A program made the position numbers and the translations under genes. From NCBI GenBank assembly GCA_964016885.1, contig OZ024743.1:129890001-129954000 (forward strand): 64,000 bases of DNA. The letters run 5' to 3'. Of the stretch, positions 12,091-27,400 are shown one piece after another. The stretch is from Eledone cirrhosa. Lineage: Eukaryota. Positions within the stretch are counted from its first letter, which is position 1. Each line of letters opens with the position of its first letter. Below the pieces are notes generated by a model. It had not been told where the DNA came from. It saw nothing but the letters and a program-made list of their open reading frames with translations, and ran no database searches.

Positions 12091-15000
12091 GCCAAGCACC
12101 AAGCGCCAAAGACCAAACACCAAGCACCAAGCACCAAACACCAAGCACCAAGCTCCGAGCACCAAACACCAAGCACCAAGCACCAATCACCAAATACCAA
12201 GCACCTAGCACCAAACACCAAGCACCAAGCACCAAGCACCAAGCACCAAACACCAAGCACCAAGCACCAAACACCAAACACAAAACACCAAGTACCAAGC
12301 ACCAAACACCAAACACCAAACACCAAGCACCAAGCACCAAACACCAAGCACCAAGCACCAAACAACAAGCACCAAGTACCAAGTACCTAACACCAAGCAC
12401 CAAGCACCAAACACCAAACGTCTAGCACCAAGCACCAAACACCAAGCACCAAGCACAAAGCACCAAAAGCCAAGCACCAAGCACCAAGCACCAAACACCA
12501 AACAGCAAGCACCAAGTACCACACATCAAACACCGAGCACCAAACACCAAACACCAGGCCCAAACACCAAGCACCAATCACCAAGCACCAAGCACCAAGC
12601 AACAAACACAAAGCACCAATCACCAAGCACCGAGCACCAAGCACCAAGCACCAAGCACCAAACACCAAGCACCAAACACCAAACACCAAGCACCAAGCAC
12701 CAATCACCAAACACCAAGCACCAAGCACCAAACACCAAACAGCAAGCACCAAGCACCAAACACCAAACACCAAACACCAAGTACCAAGCACAAAGCACCA
12801 AACACCAAGGACCAAGCAGCAAGCACCAAACACCAAACACCAAGCACCAAGCACGAAACACGAAACACCAAGTACCAAGCACAAAGCACCAAACACCAAG
12901 CACCAAGCACCAAGCACCAAACACCAAACACCAAACACCAAACAGCAAACACCAAACACCAAACACTAAACACCAAACAGCAAACACCAAACACCAAACA
13001 CCAAATACAAAACACCAAACAGCAAACAGCAAACAGCAACACCAAACACCAAACAGCAAACACCAAACAGCAAACACCAAACACCAAACACCAAACAGAA
13101 AATGCCAAACATCAAACGACAAACACCAAACGCCAAGCACCAAGCACCAAGCACCAAGCACAAAGCACCAAGCACCAAACACCAAGCACCAAGCACCAAT
13201 CACCAAACACCAAGCACCACGCACACACCACAAAACACCAAACACCAAGCACCAAGCACCAAACCCCAAGCACCAGACACCAAGCACCAATCAACAAACA
13301 CCAAATACCAGGAACCAAGCACCAAACACCAAAAACCAAGCACCAAGCACAAAGCACCAAGCACCAAACACCAAATGCCAAACACCAGACACCAAGCACC
13401 AAGCACCAAACACCAAGCACCAAGCGCCAAAAACCAAACACCAAGCACCAAGCACCAAACACCAAGCACCAAGCCCCGAGCACCAAACACCAAGCACCAA
13501 GCACCAATCACCAAATACCAAGCACCTAGCACCAAACACCAAACACCAAGCACCAAGCACCAAACACCAAACACCAAGCACCAAGCACCAAACACCAAAT
13601 ACCAAGCACCAAGCACTAAACACCAAACACCAAGCACCAAGCACCAAGCACCAAGCACCAAGCACCAAACACCAAGCACCAAGCACCAAACACCAAACAC
13701 AAAACACCATGTACCAAGCACCAAACACCAAACACCAAACACCAAGCACGAAGCACCAAACACCAAGCACCAAGCACCAAGCACCAAACAACAAGCACCA
13801 AGCACCAAGTAGCTAACACCAAGCACCAAGTACCAAACACCAAACGCCTAGCACCAAGCACCAAACACCAAGCACCAAGCACAAAGCACCAAAAGCCAAG
13901 CACCAAGCACCAAGCACCAAACACCAAACAGCAAGCACCAAGTACCAAACATCAAACACCAAGCACTAAACACCAAATTCAGGCCCAAACACCAAGCACC
14001 AAACACCAAGTACCAAGCACCAAGCAACAAACACAAAGCACCAATCACCAAGCACCAAATACCAAACACCAAGCACCAAGCACCACACATCAAACACCAA
14101 ACACGACACACCAAAAACCAAACAGCAAACACCAAACAGCAAACACCAAACACCAAATAGCAAACACCAAACAGCAAACACCAAACACCAAACGGCAAAC
14201 ACCAAACACCAAACACCAAACAGCAAGCACCAAGCACCAAACATCAAACAGCAAGCACCAAGCACCAAGCACCAAGCACCAAGCACCAAACACCAAACAC
14301 CAAGTACCAAGCACCAAGCACAAAACATCAAGCACCAAGCACCAAGAACCAAGCACCAAGCACCAAACACCAAGCACCAAGCAAGAAGCACCAAACACCA
14401 AGCCCCAAGCTCCAAGCACCAAACAACAAGAACCAAGCACCAAGCACCAAACACCAATCACCAAGCACCAAACACCAAGCACCAAGCACCAAGCACCAAT
14501 CACCAAACACCAAAAACCAAGCACCAAGCACCAAGTACCAAACACCAAATGCCAAACACCAAACACCACGCACCAGGCACCAAACACCAAGCACCAAGCG
14601 CCAAAGACCAAACACCAAGCACCAAGCACCAAGCACCAAACACTAAACAGCAAACACCAAACAGCAAACACCAAACACCAAACACGAACCAGCAAACATC
14701 AAGCACCAAACACCAAACAGCAAACGCCAAACATCAAACGCCGAACACCAAACGCCAAACCGCAAACACCAAGCACCAAGCACCAAACACCAATCACCAA
14801 GCATCAAACACCATACACCAAGCACCAATCACCAAGCACCAAGCACCAAGCACCAAGCACCAAGCATCAAACACCAAGCACCTAGCACCAAGTACAAACA
14901 CCAAGCACCAAACACCAAGCACCAGATACCAAGCACCAAGCACCAAGCACCAAGCACCAAACACCAAACACCAAGCACCAAGCACCAAGCACCAAGCACC

Positions 15001-17529
15001 AAACACCAAACACCAAACACCAAACAGCAAACACAAAACACCAAATAGCAAACACCAATCACCAAACAGCAAACACCAAACACCAAACACCAAACAGCAA
15101 ACACCAAACAACAAATAGCAAACAGCAAACACCAAACACCAAGCACCAAGCACCAAACACCAAGCACCAAACACCAAACACCAAGCATCAAGCACCAAAC
15201 AGCAAACACCAAGCACCAAGCACCAAACACCAAGCACCAAGCCCCAAGCACCAAACACCAAACACCAAGCACCAAACAACAAACACAAGCACCAAGCACC
15301 AAACACCAAGCACCAAACACCAAGCACCAAGCGCCAAACACCAAACACCAAGCACCAAGCACCAAACACCAAGCACCAAGCACCAAGCACCAAACACCAA
15401 ACACCAAGCACCAAGCACCAGACACCAAACACCACGTACCAAGCACCAAGCACCAAACACCAAGCACCAAGCACCAAGCACCAAGCACCAAACACCAAAC
15501 ACCAAACACCAAACAGCAAACACCAAACACCAAACACCAAACACCAAACAGCAAACACCAAACACCAAACATGAAATACAAAACACCAAACAGCAAACAC
15601 CAAACAGCAAACACCAAACACAAAAACAGCAAACACCAAACAGCAAACACCAAACACCAAACACCAAACAGAAAATGCCAAACATCAAACGACAAACACC
15701 AAACGCCAAGCACCAAGCACCAAGCACCAAACACCAAGCACCACGCACCAAACACCAAATACCTAGCACCAAGAACCAAACACCAAGCACCAAGCACCAA
15801 ACACCAAGCAGCAAGCACCAAGCACCAAGCACCAAATACCAGGCACCAAGCACCAATCACCAAGCACCAAGCACCAAGGAACAAACACCAAGCACCAAGC
15901 ACCAAGCACCAAACAGCAAACACAAACAGCAAACACCAAGCATCAAGCACCACACATCAAACACCAAGCACCAAGCACCAAACACCAAACACCAAAGACC
16001 AGGCACCAAGCACCAATCACCAAGCACCAAGCACCAAGGAACAAACACCAAGCACCAAGCACCAAGCACCAAACAGCAACCACAAACAGCAAACACCAAA
16101 CAGCAAACACCAAACACCAAACAGCAAACACCAAACACCAAACAGCAAACACCAAACACCAAACAGCAAACACCAAACAGCAAACACCAAACAGCAAACA
16201 GCAAACACCAAACACCAAACACCAAACACCAAGCACCAAACACCAAGCACCAAGCAACAAGCACCAATCACCAAGCACCAAGCACCAAACACCAAACACC
16301 AAGCACCAAGCACCAAACACCAAACACCAAACAGCGAGCACCAAACACCAATCACCAAGCACCAAACACCAAACACCAAACACCAAACACCAAGCACCAA
16401 ACACCAAAAACCAAGCACCAAGCACAAAGCACCAAGCACCAAACACCAAACGCCAAACACCAAACACCAAGCACCAAGCACCAAACACCAAGCACCAAGC
16501 GCCAAAGACCAAACACCAAGCACCAAGCACTTAACACCAAACACCAAGCACCAAGCACCAAGCACCAAGCACCAAACACCAAGCACCAAGCACCAAACAC
16601 CAAACACAAAACACCAAGTAACAAGCACCAAACACCAAACACCAAACACCAAGCACCAAGCACCAAGCACCAAACACCAAACACCAAACACCAAGAACCA
16701 AGCACCAAACACCAAGTACCAAGCACCAAGCACCAAACATCAAGCATCAAGAACCAAGCACCAAACACAAAGCACCAAGCACCAAGCACCAAACACCTAG
16801 CACCAAGCACCAAACACCAAGCACCAAGCACCAAGCACCAAACACCAAGAACCAAGCACCAAGCACCAAGCACCAAATACCAAACACCAAGCACCAAGCA
16901 CCACACATCAAACACCAAACACCAAACACCAAACACCAAACAGCAAACAGCAAACACCAAACACCAAATAGCAAACACCAAACAGCAAACAGCAAACACC
17001 AAACACCAAGCACCAAGCACCAAACACCAAGCACCAAACACCAAACACCAAGCATCAAGCACCAAACAGCAAACACCAAGCACCAAGCACCACACACCAA
17101 GCACCAAGCCCCAAGCACCAAACACCAAAAACCAAGCACCAAACACCAAGCACCAAGCACCAAACACCAAGCACCAAACACCAAGCACCGAGCGCCAAAC
17201 ACCAAACACCAAGCACCAAGCACCAAATACCAAGCACCAAGCAAGAATCACCAAACACCAAGCACCAATAACCAAACACCAAACACCAAGCACCAAGCAC
17301 CAAAGACCAAACACCAAACACCAAACAGCAAACACCAAACACCAAACATGAAATACAAAACACCAAACAGCAAACACCAAACAGCAAACACCAAACACAA
17401 AAACAGCAATCACCAAACAGCAAACACCAAACACCAAACAGAAAATGCCAAACATCAAACGACAAACACCAAACGCCAAGCACCAAGCACCAAGCACCAA
17501 ACACCAAGCACCACGCACCAAACAGCAAA

Positions 17530-20500
17530 CAGCAAACAGCAAACAGCAAACACGAAACACCGAACACCAAAGAGCAAACAGCAAACACCAAACACCAAAC
17601 AGCAACCAGCAAACACCAAACACCAAACACCAAACAGCAAACGCCAAACATCAAATGCCAAACACCAAACGCCAAACAGCAAACGCCAAACACCAAACGC
17701 AAATCAGCAAGCACCAAGCACCAAACACCAAACACCAAGCACCAAACACCAAACACCAAACACCAAGCACCAAGCACCAAACACCAAACACCAAGCACCA
17801 AGCACTAAACACCAAAAACACAAAGCACCAAGCACCAAGCACCAAACACCAAGCACGAAAAATCAAGCACCAAACATCAAGCACCAAGCACCAAACACCA
17901 AACACCAAGCACCAAGCACCAAACACCAAGAACCAAGCACCAAGCACTAAACACCAAACACCAAGCACCAAGCACCAAACACCAAACACCAAGCACCAAA
18001 CACCAAACACCACACACCAAGCACCAAGCACCAAACCCCAAGCACCAGACACCAAGCATCAATCAACAAACACCAAATACCAAGCACCAAGCACCAAACA
18101 CCAAAAACCAAGCACCAAACACCAAGCACCAAGCACCAAACACCAAGCACCAAGCGCCAAAGACCAAACACCAAGCACCAAGCACCAAACACCAAGCTCC
18201 AAGCTCCGAGCACCAAACACCAAGCACCAAGCACCAATCACCAAATACCAAGCACCTAGCACCAAACACCAAACACCAAGCACCAAGCACCAAACACCAA
18301 ATACCAAGCACCAAGCACTAAACACCAAACACCAAGCACCAAGCACCAAGCACCTAGCACCAAGCACCAAACACCAAGCACCAATCACCAAACACCAAAC
18401 ACAAAACACCAAGTACCAAGCACCAAACAACAAACACCAAACACCAAGCACCAAGCACCAAACACCAAGCACCAAGCACCAAGCACCAAACAACAAGCAC
18501 CAAGCACCAAGAACCTAACACCAAGCACCAAGCACCAAACACCAAACGCCTAGCACCAAGCACCAAACACCAAGCACCAAGCACAAAGCACCAAAAGCCA
18601 AGCACCAAGCACCAAGCACCAAACACCAAACAGCAAGCACCAAGTACCACACATCAAACACCAAGCACCAAACACCAAACACCAGGCCCAAACTCCAAGC
18701 ACCAATCACCAAGCACCAAGCACCAAGCACCAAGCACCAAACACCAAGCACCAAGCGCCAAACACCAAACACCAAGCACCAAGCACCAAACACCAAGCAC
18801 AAAGCACCAATCACCAAACACCAAGCACCAAGCACCAAACACTAAACACCAAGCACCAAGCACCAAACACCAAACAACAAGTACGAAGCACAAGCACCAA
18901 ACACCAAGCACCAAGCACCAAGCACCAAACACCAAACACCAAACACCAAACAGCAAACACCAAACACCAAACATCAAATACAAAACACCAAACAGCAAAC
19001 ACCAAACAGCAAACACCAAACACCAAACAGCAAACACCAAACAGCAAACACCAAACACCAAATACCAAACAGAAAATGCCAAACATCAAACGACAAACAC
19101 CAAACGCCAAATACCAAGCACCAAGCACCAAGCACAAAGCACCAAGCACCAAACACCAAGCACCAAGCACCAAGCACCAAACACCAAGCACCACGCACCA
19201 AACACCAAACACCAAACACCAAGCTCCAAGCACCAAACCCCAAGCACCAGACACCAAGCACCAATCAACAAACACCAAATACCAAGCACCAAGCACCAAA
19301 AACCAAGCACCAAGCACAAAGCACCAAGCACCAAACACCAAATGCCAAACACCAAACACCAAGCACCATGCACCAATCACCAAGCACCAAGCGCCAAAGA
19401 CCAAGCACCAAGCACCAAGCACCAAACACCAAGCACCAAGCTCCGAGCACCAAACACCAAGCACCAAGCACCAAGCACCAAATACCAAGCACCTAGCACC
19501 AAACACCAAACACCAAGCACCAAGCACCAAACACAAACACCAAGCACCAAGCACCAAACACCAAACACCAAGCACCAAGCACCAAACACCAAGAATCAAG
19601 CACCAAGCACTAAACACCAAACACCAAGCACCAAGCACCAAACACCAAACACCAAGCACCAAGCACCAAACACCAAACACCACACACCAAGCACCAAGCA
19701 CCAAACCCCAAGCACCAGACACCAAGCACCAATCAACAAACACCAAATACCAAGCACCAAGCACCAAACACCAAAAACCAAGCACCAAGCACAAAGCACC
19801 AAGCACCAAACACCAAATGCCAAACACCAAACACCAAGCACCAAGCACCAAACGCCAAGCACCAAGCACCAAACACCAAAAACCAAGCACCAAACACCAA
19901 GCACCAAGCTCCGAGCACCAAACACCAAGCACCAAGCACCAATCACCAAATACCAAGCACCTAGCACCAAACACCAAGCACCAAGCACCAAGCACCAAGC
20001 ACCAAACACCAAGCACCAAGCACCAAACACCAAACACAAAACACCAAGTACCAAGCACCAAACACCAAACACCAAACACCAAGCACCAAGCACCAAACAC
20101 CAAGCACCAAGCACCAAGCACCAAACAACAAGCACCAAGTACCAAGTACCTAACAGCAAGCCCCAAGCACCAAACACCAAACGTCTAGCACCAAGCACCA
20201 AACACCAAGCACCAAGCATAAAGCACCAAAAGCCAAGCACCAAGCACCAAGCACCAAACACCAAACAGCAAGCACCAAGTACCACACATCAAACACCGAG
20301 CACCAAACACCAAACACCAGGCCCAAACACCAAGCACCAATCACCAAGCACCAAGCACCAAGCAACAAACACAAAGCCCCAATCACCAAGCACCGAGCAC
20401 CAAGCACCAAGCACCAAGCACCAAACACCAAGCACCAATCACCAAACACCAAGCACCAAGCACCAAACACCAAACAGCAAGCACCAAGCACCAAACACCA

Positions 20501-21560
20501 AACACCAAGTACCAAGCACAAAGCACCAAACACCAAGCACCAAACACCAAACACCAAGCACCAAGCACGAAACACGAAACACCAAGTACCAAGCACAAAG
20601 CACCAAACACCAAGCACCAAGCACCAAGCACCAAACACCAAACACCAAACACCAAACAGCAAACACCAAACACCAAACACTAAACACCAAACAGCAAACA
20701 CCAAACACCAAACACCAAATACAAAACACCAAACAGCAAACAGCAAACACCAAACAGCAAACACCAAACACCAAACAGCAAACACCAAACAGCAAACACC
20801 AGACACCAAACACCAGATAGAAAATGCCAAACATCAAACGACAAACACCAAACGCCAAGCACCAAGCACCAAGCACCAAGCACAAAGCACCAAGCACCAA
20901 ACACCAAACACCAAGCACCAAGCACCAAACCCCAAGCACCAGACACCAAGCACCAATCAACAAACACCAAATACCAGGAACCAAGCACCAAACACCAAAA
21001 ACCAAGCACCAAGCACAAAGCACCAAGCACCAAACACCAAATGCCAAACACCAAACACCAAGCACCAAGCACCAAACACCAAGCACCAAGCGCCAAAAAC
21101 CAAACACCAAGCACCAAGCACCAAACACCAAGCACCAAGCCCCGAGCACCAAACACCAAGCACCAAGCACCAATCACCAAATACCAAGCACCTAGCACCA
21201 AACACCAAACACCAAGCACCAAGCACCAAACACCAAATACCAAGCACCAAGCACTAAACACCAAACACCAAGCACCAAGCACCAAGCACCAAGCACCAAG
21301 CACCAAACCCCAAGCACCAAGCACCAAACACCAAACACAAAACACCAAGTACCAAGCACCAAACACCAAACACCAAACACCAAGCACCAAGCACCAAACA
21401 CCAAGCACCAAGCACCAAGCACCAAACAACAAGCACCAAGCACCAAGTAGCTAACACCAAGCACCAAGTACCAAACACCAAACGCCTAGCACCAAGCACC
21501 AAACACCAAGCACCAAGCACAAAGCACCAAAAGCCAAGCACCAAGCACCAAGCACCAAGC
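17530..21560. repeat. Diverged paralogue of about 10.1-13.9 kb
   Basis: ORF matches 10226/17651, 10584/18354 (7770), 11312/19076 (7764) and 13102/20824 (7722). Rare variants occur in the same order (GAGCAAA, CGCAAAT CAGCAAG, TACGAAG, CGTCTAG, TAGCTAA). Confidence 0.8.
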
Positions 21561-24480
21561 ACCAAGCACCAAACACCAAACACCAAGCACCAAGCACCAA
21601 GCACCAAGTACCAAACACCAAACACCAAACACCAAACAGCAAACACAAAACACCAAATAGCAAACACCAATCACCAAACAGCAAACACCAAACACCAAAC
21701 ACCAAACAACAAATAGCAAACAGCAAACAGCAAACACCAAACACCAAGCACCAAGCACCAAACACCAAGCACCAAACACCAAACACCAAGCATCAAGCAC
21801 CAAACAGCAAACACCAAGCACCAAGCACCAAACACCAAGCACCAAGCCCCAAGCACCAAACACCAAACACCAAGCACCAAACACCAAACACCAAGCACCA
21901 AGCACCAAACACCAAGCACCAAACACCAAGCACCAAGCGCCAAACACCAAACACCAAGCACCAAGCACCAAACACCAAGCACCAAGCACCAATCACCAAA
22001 CACCAGGCACCAAGCACCAAACACCAAACACCAAGCACCAAGCACCAGACACCAAACACCAAGTACCAAGCACCAAGCACCAAACACCAAGCACCAAGCA
22101 CCAAGCACCAAGCACCAAACACCAAACACCAAACACCAAACACCAAACACCAAACACCAAACACCAAACAGCAAACACCAAACACCAAACATGAAATACA
22201 AAACACCAAACAGCAAACACCAAACAGCAAACACCAAACAGCAAACACCAAACACAAAAACAGCAAACACCAAACAGCAAACACCAAACACCAAACACCA
22301 AACAGAAAATGCCAAACATCAAACGACAAACACCAAACGCCAAGCACCAAGCACCAAGCACCAAACACCAAGCACCACGCACCAAACACCAAATACCTAG
22401 CACCAAGAACCAAACACCAAGCACCAAGCACCAAACACCAAGCACCAAGCACCAAGCACCAAGCACCAAATACCTAACACCAAGCATCAAGCACCACACA
22501 TCAAACACCAAGCACCAAGCACCAAACACCAAACACCAAAGACCAGGCACCAAGCACCAATCACCAAGCACCAAGCACCAAGGAACAAACACCAAGCACC
22601 AAGCACCAAGCACCAAACAGCAAACACAAACAGCAAACACCAAACAGCAAACACCAAACACCAAACAGCAAACACCAAACACCAAACAGCAAACACCAAA
22701 CACCAAACAGCAAACACCAAACAGCAAACACCAAACAGCAAACAGCAAACACCAAACACCAAACACCAAACACCAAGCACCAAACACCAAGCACCAAGCA
22801 ACAAGCACCAATCACCAAGCACCAAGCACCAAACACCAAACACCAAGCACCAAGCACCAAACACCAAACACCAAACACCAAACACCAAGCACCAAACACC
22901 AAAAACCAAGCACCAAACACCAAGCACCAAGCACCAAACACCAAACACCAAGCACCAAGCACCAAACACCAAACACCAAACACCAAACACCAAGCACCAA
23001 ACACCAAAAACCAAGCACCAAACACCAAGCACCAAGCGCCAAACACCAAACACCAAGCACCAAGCACAAAGCACCAAAAGCCAAGCACCAAGCACCAAGC
23101 ACCAAGCACCAAGCACCAAACACCAAACACCAAGCACCAAGCACCAAGCACCAAGTACCAAACACCAAACACCAAACACCAAACAGCAAACACAAAACAC
23201 CAAATAGCAAACACCAATCACCAAACAGCAAACACCAAACACCAAACACCAAACAGCAAACACCAAACAACAAATAGCAAACAGCAAACAGCAAACACCA
23301 AACACCAAGCACCAAGCACCAAACACCAAGCACCAAACACCAAACACCAAGCATCAAGCACCAAACAGCAAACACCAAGCACCAAGCACAAAACACCAAG
23401 CACCAAGCCCCAAGCACCAAACACCAAACACCAAGCACCAAACACCAAACACCAAGCACCAAGCACCAAACACCAAGCACCAAACACCAAGCACCAAGCG
23501 CCAAACACCAAACACCAAGCACCAAGCACCAAACACCAAGCACCAAGCACCAATCACCAAACACCAGGCACCAAGCACCAAACACCAAACACCAAGCACC
23601 AAGCACCAGACACCAAACACCAAGTACCAAGCACCAAGCACCAAACACCAAGCACCAAGCACCAAGCACCAAGCACCAAACACCAAACACCAAACACCAA
23701 ACACCAAACACCAAACACCAAACACCAAACAGCAAACACCAAACACCAAACATGAAATACAAAACACCAAACAGCAAACACCAAACAGCAAACACCAAAC
23801 AGCAAACACCAAACACAAAAACAGCAAACACCAAACAGCAAACACCAAACACCAAACACCAAACAGAAAATGCCAAACATCAAACGACAAACACCAAACG
23901 CCAAGCACCAAGCACCAAGCACCAAACACCAAGCACCACGCACCAAACACCAAATACCTAGCACCAAGAACCAAACACCAAGCACCAAGCACCAAACACC
24001 AAGCACCAAGCACCAAGCACCAAGCACCAAATACCTAACACCAAGCATCAAGCACCACACATCAAACACCAAGCACCAAGCACCAAACACCAAACACCAA
24101 AGACCAGGCACCAAGCACCAATCACCAAGCACCAAGCACCAAGGAACAAACACCAAGCACCAAGCACCAAGCACCAAACAGCAAACACAAACAGCAAACA
24201 CCAAACAGCAAACACCAAACACCAAACAGCAAACACCAAACACCAAACAGCAAACACCAAACACCAAACAGCAAACACCAAACAGCAAACACCAAACAGC
24301 AAACACCAAACACCAAACACCAAACACCAAACACCAAGCACCAAACACCAAGCACCAAGCAACAAGCACCAATCACCAAGCACCAAGCACCAAACACCAA
24401 ACACCAAGCACCAAGCACCAAACACCAAACACCAAACATCAAACACCAAGCACCAAACACCAAAAACCAAGCACCAAACA
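21500..24480. repeat. Tandem duplication, period 1547 then 1561 bp (221 and 223 heptamers)
   Basis: CACCAAAAGCC has its G at 21533 and 23080 (1547). ORF pairs 21793/23354, 21993/23554, 22191/23752 and 22309/23870 are all offset by 1561. Confidence 0.88.
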
Positions 24481-27400
24481 CCAAGCACCAAGCGCCAAAC
24501 ACCAAACACCAAGCACCAAGCACCAAACACCAAGAACAAAGCACCAATCACCAAACACCAAGCACCAAGCACCAAACACCAAACACCAAGCACCAAGCAC
24601 CAAACACCAAACAACAAGTACGAAGCACAAGCACCAAACACCAAGCACCAAGCACCAAGCACCAAACACCAAACACCAAACACCAAACAGCAAACACCAA
24701 ACACCAAACATCAAATACAAAACACCAAACAGCAAACACCAAACAGCAAACACCAAACACCAAACAGCAAACACCAAACAGCAAACACCAAACACCAAAT
24801 ACCAAACAGAAAATGCCAAACATCAAACGACAAACACCAAACGCCAAGCACCAAGCACCAAGCACCAAGCACAAAGCACCAAGCACCAAACACCAAGCAC
24901 CAAGCACCAAGCACCAAACACCAAGCACCACGCACCAAACACCAAACACCAAACACCAAGCTCCAAGCACCAAACCCCATGCACCAGACACCAAGCACCA
25001 ATCAACAAACACCAAATACCAAGCACCAAGCACCAAAAACCAAGCACCAAGCACAAAGCACCAAGCACCAAACACCAAATGCCAAACACCAAACACCAAG
25101 CACCAAGCACCAATCACCAAGCACCAAGCACCAAGCACCAAACACCAAGCACCAAGCTCCGAGCACCAAACACCAAGCACCAAGCACCAAGCACCAAATA
25201 CCAAGCACCTAGCACCAAACACCAAACACCAAGCACCAAGCACCAAACACCAAACACCAAGCACCAAGCACCAAACACCAAACACCAAGCACCAAGCACC
25301 AAACACCAAGAACCAAGCACCAAGCACTAAACACCAAAGACCAAGCACCAAGCACCAAACACCAAACACCACACACCAAGCACCAAGCACCAAACCCCAA
25401 GCACCAGACACCAAGCACCAATCAACAAACACCAAATACCAAGCACCAAGCACCAAACACCAAAAACCAAGCACCAAGCACAAAGCACCAAGCACCAAAC
25501 ACCAAATGCCAAACACCAAACACCAAGCACCAAGCACCAAACGCCAAGCACCAAGCGCCAAAGACCAAACACCAAGCACCAAGCACCAAACACCAAGCAC
25601 CAAGCTCCGAGCACCAAACACCAAGCACCAAGCACCAATCACCAAATACCAAGCACGTAGCACCAAACACCAAGCACCAAGCACCAAGCACCAAGCACCA
25701 AACACCAAGCACCAAGCACCAAACACCAAACACAAAACACCAAGTACCAAGCACCAAACACCAAACACCAAACACCAAGCACCAAGCACCAAACACCAAG
25801 CCCCAAGCACCAAGCACCAAACAACAAGCACCAAGTACCAAGTACCTAACACCAAGCACCAAGCACCAAACACCAAACGTCTAGCACCAAGCACCAAACA
25901 CCAAGCACCAAGCATAAAGCACCAAAAGCCAAGCACCAAGCACCAAGCACCAAACACCAAACAGCAAGCACCAAGTACCACACATCAAACACCGAGCACC
26001 AAACACCAAACACCAGGCCCAAACACCAAGCACCAATCACCAAGCACCAAGCACCAAGCAACAAACACAAAGCACCAATCACCAAGCACCGAGCACCAAG
26101 CACCAAGCACCAAGCACCAAACACCAAGCACCAAACACCAAACACCAAGCACCAAGCACCAATCACCAAACACCAAGCACCAAGCACCAAACACCAAACA
26201 GCAAGCACCAAGCACCAAACACCAAGTACCAAGCACAAAGCACCAAACACCAAGCACCAAGCAGCAAGCACCAAACACCAAACACCAAGCACCAAGCACG
26301 AAACACAAAACACCAAGTACCAAGCACAAAGCACCAAACACCAAGCACCAAGCACCAAGCACCAAACACCAAACACCAAACACTAAACACCAAACAGCAA
26401 ACACCAAACACCAAACACCAAATACAAAACACCAAACAGCAAACAGCAAACACCAAACAGCAAACACCAAACACCAAACAGCAAACACCAAACAGCAAAC
26501 ACCAAACACCAAACACCAAACAGAAAATGCCAAACATCAAGCGACAAACACCAAACGCCAAGCACCAAGCACCAAGCACGAAACACGAAACACCAAGTAC
26601 CAAGCACAAAGCACCAAACACCAAGCACCAAGCACCAAACACCAAGCACCAAACACCAAACACCAAGCATCAAGCACCAAACAGCAAACACCAAGCACCA
26701 AGCACAAAACACCAAGCACCAAGCCCCAAGCACCAAACACCAAACACCAAGCACCAAACACCAAACACCAAGCACCAAGCACCAAACACCAAGCACCAAA
26801 CACCAAGCACCAAGCGCCAAACACCAAACACCAAGCACCAAGCACCAAACACCAAGCACCAAGCACCAATCACCAAACACCAGGCACCAAGCACCAAACA
26901 CCAAACACCAAGCACCAAGCACCAGACACCAAACACCAAGTACCAAGCACCAAGCACCAAACACCAAGCACCAAGCACCAAGCACCAAGCACCAAACACC
27001 AAACACCAAACACCAAACACCAAACACCAAACACCAAACACCAAACAGCAAACACCAAACACCAAACATGAAATACAAAACACCAAACAGCAAACACCAA
27101 ACAGCAAACACCAAACAGCAAACACCAAACACAAAAACAGCAAACACCAAACAGCAAACACCAAACACCAAACACCAAACAGAAAATGCCAAACATCAAA
27201 CGACAAACACCAAACGCCAAGCACCAAGCACCAAGCACCAAACACCAAGGACCACGCACCAAACACCAAATACCTAGCACCAAGAACCAAACACCAAGCA
27301 CCAAGCACCAAACACCAAGCACCAAGCACCAAGCACCAAGCACCAAATACCTAACACCAAGCATCAAGCACCACACATCAAACACCAAGCACCAAGCACC

